This document shows, piece after piece, positions 59,487-64,000 of a stretch of 64,000 nucleotides of DNA (the stretch's first letter is position 1; each line of letters starts with the position of its first letter). Source of the stretch: a bacterium (GTDB taxonomy: Bacteria > Patescibacteriota > Minisyncoccia > Phycocordibacterales > VMGT01); NCBI GenBank assembly GCA_030697645.1, contig JAUYPI010000018.1, positions 10,457-74,456 of the forward strand, written 5' to 3'. The notes beneath the pieces are model-generated. The model did no database searches and was not told the DNA's origin. It saw only the letters and a list, made by a program, of their open reading frames with translations. The position numbers and the translations under genes were made by a program.

Positions 59487-59613
59487 AAATTTTCAATTTT
59501 GCAATTTTCAATCAATTTTGCAATGACACAATTTTCAAACACGACGTCGTCCGTCATTGAGCATTGAAACATTGAAAATTCATTGAAAATTGCAAAATTG
59601 AAAATTGTAAATT
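59487..59613 (+). repeat. Family A element (A9) inside a degenerate outer heptad palindrome (about 59450-59705)
   Basis: Same layout; outer CAAATGC/CAAAATC and GACATTT/GGCATT arms. Confidence 0.85.
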
Positions 59614-59708
59614 CTTGGACTTGATTTGACATTTGGCATTAATGCACGGTCACATTTTTGGTGTTTGGCGACTTGTATATTTGCTATTTTGATTTGTACT
59701 TTGTATCC

Positions 59709-60248
59709 ATGGGTTACAAGCAACAATTTTTTCTCGCGCTCTCGGTGGGCATCGTCGCGCTTGCACTTCTCGTTAGTGAGCTCGCGGCGATCCGCAGCGG
59801 CAGAGCGCGTCTCGCGTTCACGCTCGAGGCGATATCTGCCCTCGAGCACGAGCGTGAGGCGCTCGACGCGACACGTTCACTCGCGGAGAGAACGGCGAGA
59901 GATCGCGCGGCGCTCGACGAGAAGTTTATACCGCGCGACGGAGTCGTCGCGTTTTTGAAACGCATTGAGGATTTGGGGAAACGCTCGGGCACAACACTTG
60001 CGGTCGAGACCCTCTCGGCTGCCTCCCCCATATCATCGGAGGCATCACTTGAAGACATGGCGCTCCGTTTTACCGCTCTCGGAGCGTTTCAGAACATTGT
60101 GCACCTGCTGGCGCTCGTTGAGTCTCTGCCGGTGGCCGCAGAGGTCACCTCCGCGCGTCTCGAGGCTGCACCCGCCGGTGAGGAGGGCGCCTCCTTGTGG
60201 CGGACGACCGTTTTTCTTCACGCGCTCAAGAAGCGCGACGCACAATAA
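59709..60248 (+). CDS. pilO: PilO-like protein
   Basis: TM, coiled coil, G.F..I...L..VESLP. Confidence 0.7.
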   Translation: MGYKQQFFLALSVGIVALALLVSELAAIRSGRARLAFTLEAISALEHEREALDATRSLAERTARDRAALDEKFIPRDGVVAFLKRIEDLGKRSGTTLAVETLSAASPISSEASLEDMALRFTALGAFQNIVHLLALVESLPVAAEVTSARLEAAPAGEEGASLWRTTVFLHALKKRDAQ

Positions 60249-60267
60249 AAATAAATAATGACTTGCT

Positions 60268-60609
60268 ATGTTTCCATTTGGAATGTTCAATAATGGATTT
60301 GCGCACCTTCGGCGCCACTCGGGCGCCGAGCGGGCGTGGCGTTTCCCGGATGTGCGCCGCCTATGGCTTTGGATGCTCATCGCGGGTGCGGGCCTTGTGG
60401 TGGGACTCTCCGGATACGGCGTTCTCACGTTTCGATATCTCGACCGGCTTGATCTCACCGTAGCAGAGCCTGACATACCCCTCCGCCTCGCGCGCGTGCT
60501 CGATGAGGAACTCCTGCGCTCGGTGCGCGCCGAATTCGATGCCCTCGAGACCGTACATAAACGACTCCTTGAGAATCCGTCAGCCGATATTGTTGACCCC
60601 GCGCGGTAA
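60268..60609 (+). CDS. Small TM protein ending the pilMNO cluster
   Basis: Single TM, C-terminal DP motif. Confidence 0.55.
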   Translation: MFPFGMFNNGFAHLRRHSGAERAWRFPDVRRLWLWMLIAGAGLVVGLSGYGVLTFRYLDRLDLTVAEPDIPLRLARVLDEELLRSVRAEFDALETVHKRLLENPSADIVDPAR

Positions 60610-60668
60610 TATTGATAGCGTGTTTGTGAACTCCCTGCGTACGTGACCTATGGTGCTGCGTACGCTAA

Positions 60669-60845
60669 GGCCCCGTCCATAAATAAGTTCACTCATATCG
60701 TGCTCAATGCGTGCCCTGATGCAGCTTGGCGCGGAATGAGCGAATCCGAAACGTATCGAGATACGAAGAGGATTCGCGACTGAGCACGAGTTGCATAAGG
60801 GTGCGCAGTGAGTGCGAGATGGGGAAGTTATTTATGGACGGGGCC
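60669..60845. mobile_element. MITE, second copy (inverted), TAA target duplication
   Basis: Same TIR as 4251-4430; TAA at 60666-68 and 60846-48. Confidence 0.88.
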
Positions 60846-60851
60846 TAACCA

Positions 60852-60923
60852 CCCCTCGTAGCTCAATGGACAGAGCCGCGGACTTCTAAGCCGCTGATGG
60901 GGGTTCGATTCCCTCCGAGGGGA
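60852..60923 (+). tRNA. tRNA-Arg(TCT)
   Basis: CCCCTCG/CGAGGGG acceptor, loop CTTCTAA. Confidence 0.9.
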
Positions 60924-60969
60924 TAGAAAGGTTTTGCGAAGAAGGAGCGGCCAAAAAAACTCAGCTGCC

Positions 60970-61046
60970 GGACGATTAGCTCAGTTGGCTAGAGCGCTGC
61001 TTTTACACAGCAGAGGCCGGAGGTTCGAGCCCTCCATCGTCCACCA
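60970..61046 (+). tRNA. tRNA-Val(TAC)
   Basis: GGACGAT/ATCGTCC acceptor, CTGCT-TTTACAC-AGCAG, encoded CCA. Confidence 0.95.
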
Positions 61047-61198
61047 GAATTTTTAAGTGCGGTTAATTGCTTGCGTGAAAACACGCACACTGTGGTGAGT
61101 TCTGGCCCGCAGCGACGCAATCGCTGCAGGGCTTTTCTTTTTGTGTTTTTCTTGATAGAAATTGGATAGGACGTGCCGCTGTTTTGAAAGTCAAACAC

Positions 61199-61380
61199 GC
61201 ACCCTTAGCTCAGCTGGCTAGAGCGTTCGTTCATCCCGTTAGAAAGCGTGGGCACTTAGCTCAGTTGGTAGAGCGTTCCCTTCACACGGGAGAGGCCACA
61301 GGTTCGAGTCCTGTAGTGCCCATTGCTTTCTAACGGGACGAGCACGCGAGAGGCCGTAGGTTCGAGTCCTACAGGGTGCA
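61199..61380 (+). tRNA. Interrupted Val-like tRNA (halves about 61199-61232 and 61344-61380) hosting a nested tRNA
   Basis: GCACCCT/AGGGTGC acceptor, intact D and T arms, TTCGT/GCGAG anticodon stem; loop replaced by an insert. Confidence 0.7.
61250..61322 (+). tRNA. tRNA-Val(CAC), nested
   Basis: GGGCACT/AGTGCCC acceptor, TTCCC-TTCACAC-GGGAG, GTTCGAGTC. Confidence 0.92.
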
Positions 61381-61413
61381 TCGAAACGCTACACAAGCTG
61401 CGCGAAATACTTC

Positions 61414-61484
61414 GGGCTCATAGTAAAGTGGTATTACGCGGCATTCGCATTGCCGAGTCCCGGGTTCGATTCCCGGTGAGTCCA
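61414..61484 (+). tRNA. tRNA-Ala(CGC)
   Basis: GGGCTCA/TGAGTCC acceptor with G3.U70, CGGCA-TTCGCAT-TGCCG. Confidence 0.9.
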
Positions 61485-61529
61485 TGTCAATCCATTTTAA
61501 TCTACTCGCAGCTACGTTAATCTATAGAT

Positions 61530-61925
61530 ATGACAAGGCGAAACATTTTAGCGGTCATTATCGGATTGATTATTGGGTTTGTTCCTGCTTACACGAGGTT
61601 GCTTTTTTATGTCGGTAAACCGTTCTTAATGTTCTTTAACCCAATAATTAGTAGTTTAATTGCAGAGTGGTTATACTTCTTGATTTTGGGGATTGCGGTA
61701 TTCGTTGCAAGTTTTCCTAAATCGTATTACCTAATTCCTGTTGTTGGATTACCTATTGCAATAGTATCCGCATTGAATAATTATTTGACCCTATCGGTAT
61801 GGACAAGCACAGTATCGGTGTTTCTATCCTTTATGGTTTTCGGAAGTATTGGTTATTTTATAGCAAAACTGATATCTGTAAGTTTTGCCAAACCACCAAC
61901 TCTTGTAAAATCTGGTTCCAATTAA
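61530..61925 (+). CDS. AT-rich small membrane protein
   Basis: About 4 TM segments; AT-rich; follows the tRNA cluster. Confidence 0.65.
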   Translation: MTRRNILAVIIGLIIGFVPAYTRLLFYVGKPFLMFFNPIISSLIAEWLYFLILGIAVFVASFPKSYYLIPVVGLPIAIVSALNNYLTLSVWTSTVSVFLSFMVFGSIGYFIAKLISVSFAKPPTLVKSGSN

Positions 61926-62052
61926 TCCTCACGAAGTCCATACATACCCGAAAGCAATAGGTTTGCGAAAATGTTGGAGATCGATCGCCATAAGAATCTG
62001 CGCAAAGAATTCGTCCGGTGCCTTTGCCACAATAGAGCTGCAATTATGAGCT

Positions 62053-63216
62053 ATGTTAAGGGCTCGTCCAAAAATTTTTTATGTTGCGAACGCACGGATG
62101 CCCTCGGAAAAAGCGCACGGGATTCAGCTCGCGAAGATGTGCGAGGCGTTTATTGAGCAGGGCGTTGATCTTACGCTTGTGGTGCCGCGTGTGAGTGGTG
62201 GCGGCCACGGCAGCGTGCGTGCGTACTACGGCCTGCGCGTCGATGTGCCTACTGTTTTTTTGCCTGTTCTAAATTTTTTTCCATCGGCGTCGTGGGGTTT
62301 TACGCTCCGGGCGTTTTCGTTTGCGGTGAGTTCGTTTTTGTATGTGTTGCTCAAGCGGCTGCGGTACGGCCGCGCTGGCGCGTTTATCTACACAATAGAC
62401 CTTGATCAATTTTCCTATTTTCTCTTGCCGCTTGCAGGGTTTCCGGTTTTTTTTGAGGCACACGGGGGGAAGTGGTCGAGTGCGTTTTTGCGGTTTTTCC
62501 TCCGCCGCGTGCGTGGCGTTATCACAAACAGCGGCGGCACCAAGGCCGCTCTCTTGCGAGATTTTGATCTCGCCGAAGCGCGCGTCGTCGTCGAGCCGAA
62601 CGGTATTGATCTTGCTCAGTTTGCTGCGCTCCCCACGCGAGAGGAGGCGCGGCGCGCGCTTGGCTTGCCGCAAGAAGCCGAGATCGCGCTCTACGTCGGT
62701 CGTTTCTACGGGTGGAAGGGGCTCAGTATTCTTATCGAGGCGGCGCGATTGCTCCCAAATGTCGCCTTTTGGCTCGTCGGCGGCGGGATTGAGGAATTTT
62801 GCGGTGTCGCGGGCGTCTCGATGAGCGACGTGCCCGCAAACATTTCTTTTGTTGGCGGCGTGTCGCAGAGCGAGGTGCCGCGCTGGCTCGCCGCCGCAGA
62901 CGTCCTCCTCGTCCTCGGCACGCAGCACAACGAGTACTCCTGGCGCGAGACCTCGCCGATGAAGCTTTTTGAATACATGGCCTCGCGCCGTCCCATAGTC
63001 GCGAGCGCGACGCCGGCAAACAGAGAAATTGTCTCCGACGACGAGGCGATCTTTTATACGCCCGACGATGCAGATTCTCTCGCACGCGCAATTACACGCG
63101 CGCTTGGCGAACGAGAGATTTCTACCGCACTCACTGACAGAGCGTTCGCGAAAGTCGCTCGATGGACCTGGTCCGAGCGCGCGAGGCGAGTGCTTGACTT
63201 TTGCTTACGTTCGTGA
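62053..63216 (+). CDS. GT4 glycosyltransferase
   Basis: PNGID, YVGRF..WKG, SPMKLFEYMAS. Confidence 0.92.
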   Translation: MLRARPKIFYVANARMPSEKAHGIQLAKMCEAFIEQGVDLTLVVPRVSGGGHGSVRAYYGLRVDVPTVFLPVLNFFPSASWGFTLRAFSFAVSSFLYVLLKRLRYGRAGAFIYTIDLDQFSYFLLPLAGFPVFFEAHGGKWSSAFLRFFLRRVRGVITNSGGTKAALLRDFDLAEARVVVEPNGIDLAQFAALPTREEARRALGLPQEAEIALYVGRFYGWKGLSILIEAARLLPNVAFWLVGGGIEEFCGVAGVSMSDVPANISFVGGVSQSEVPRWLAAADVLLVLGTQHNEYSWRETSPMKLFEYMASRRPIVASATPANREIVSDDEAIFYTPDDADSLARAITRALGEREISTALTDRAFAKVARWTWSERARRVLDFCLRS

Positions 63217-63230
63217 TAGTGAACTAGCAG

Positions 63231-64000
63231 ATGAACGCACCAACGAGATCCAGGCGTTATCCCTTTGTTCATGTGTTCAATGAAGTCCAGAGGAGGAGAG
63301 GATTGCAGTACCCACAGCCCCGTATCGTTTTCGCAGGAGCGAGCGTGCAATCTACGCGGAGATTTTCTTCCCAAAGAAGGTCGTGTACATGCGCGAGGTT
63401 TATCGGGCCTTGGAGGAAAGTTTACAAGAAAGTATAGTGAGGAGCGACCTGATGACGAATGCACCAGATCTGCTGGTTGAATTGCAGGACTACACCAATC
63501 TTTTCGATCCCCAGCAGTACAGAAGAATGTATCCCCGCACGACACCGATCACGGTTGCAGAAGCCCATCAGCGCATTTTACGGTATCGAACTGTCATCGC
63601 TGGCTGGTCAATCTATGAAGTTGATGGCGTCTACATGAACCCGCGTCGTGACCAACCGGACGATGAGTTGACACAGGTGGTGCGGCTCGTTTTCCGTCCG
63701 GAGAATCATATAAGGAGGAACATAAAGCGGGTAGAAAAAGCACGCAAAATTCATGGCCGCAGACAGTACTACGCAGCGTATCAAAGGCGTCGTCGCGCGT
63801 AGAGGCACCACGGTACACAAAAAGTCATCATCGAGCCGGCTTCCTTCGTGGAGCCGGTTTTGTTTCTATGCCACACCATGTTCAGTTTGGTCCTGGTTGC
63901 CGACACCCACACGGACGTGTGGCTCGCGACCGAGGAAGAGTTGCTGCCGGAGAACTCCTGCGGCCACTGGTATCCGCGGCACGTTGCACTTCGTGCGCTC
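63231..64000 (+). pseudogene. Hypothetical protein gene with an apparent frameshift (about 63345) and an in-frame TAG (63800-802)
   Basis: Overlapping ORFs 63231-63437 and 63383-63802; the frame stays open after the TAG to the window end. Confidence 0.45.

Noticed and set aside
61231-61345. Insert as a group I/II intron or canonical bulge-helix-bulge intron
   Set aside because: Too short, mostly occupied by the tRNA, and the junction does not form a 3-4-3 BHB or restore a normal anticodon loop.
1-64000. TGA recoding (code 25)
   Set aside because: TGA ends full-length genes such as sodN, tpiA, pgk and pilM, and no conserved gene is broken by TGA.

Overview
A 64 kb segment of a GC-rich bacterial chromosome using standard code 11 (TGA is a stop). 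Gene content and style suggest Patescibacteria/CPR, probably Parcubacteria (inference). Housekeeping genes include sodN/sodX, murD, dxr, HU, rny, tpiA, pgk, smpB-tmRNA, rplS, uppS and ruvX. There is a split type IV pilus system (pilB-pilC-minor pilins; pilM-N-O), three type II toxin-antitoxin pairs, an exopolysaccharide island with a two-component system and ECF sigma, nine readable tRNAs and tmRNA. Most unusual: (1) a complete tRNA-Val(CAC) inside the anticodon loop of another tRNA gene, bracketed by 14-bp inverted repeats; (2) palindromic 7-nt-periodic repeat elements with a CAAACACG core in nearly every pilus gene junction, with related 7-mer arrays translated in frame inside MurD; (3) MITEs with target-site duplications, one nested in a repeat element; (4) tRNA/tmRNA-linked cassettes and endonuclease genes; (5) a candidate OmpR-type regulon with an orphan transcript. 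All calls come from reading the sequence by eye; no searches were run.
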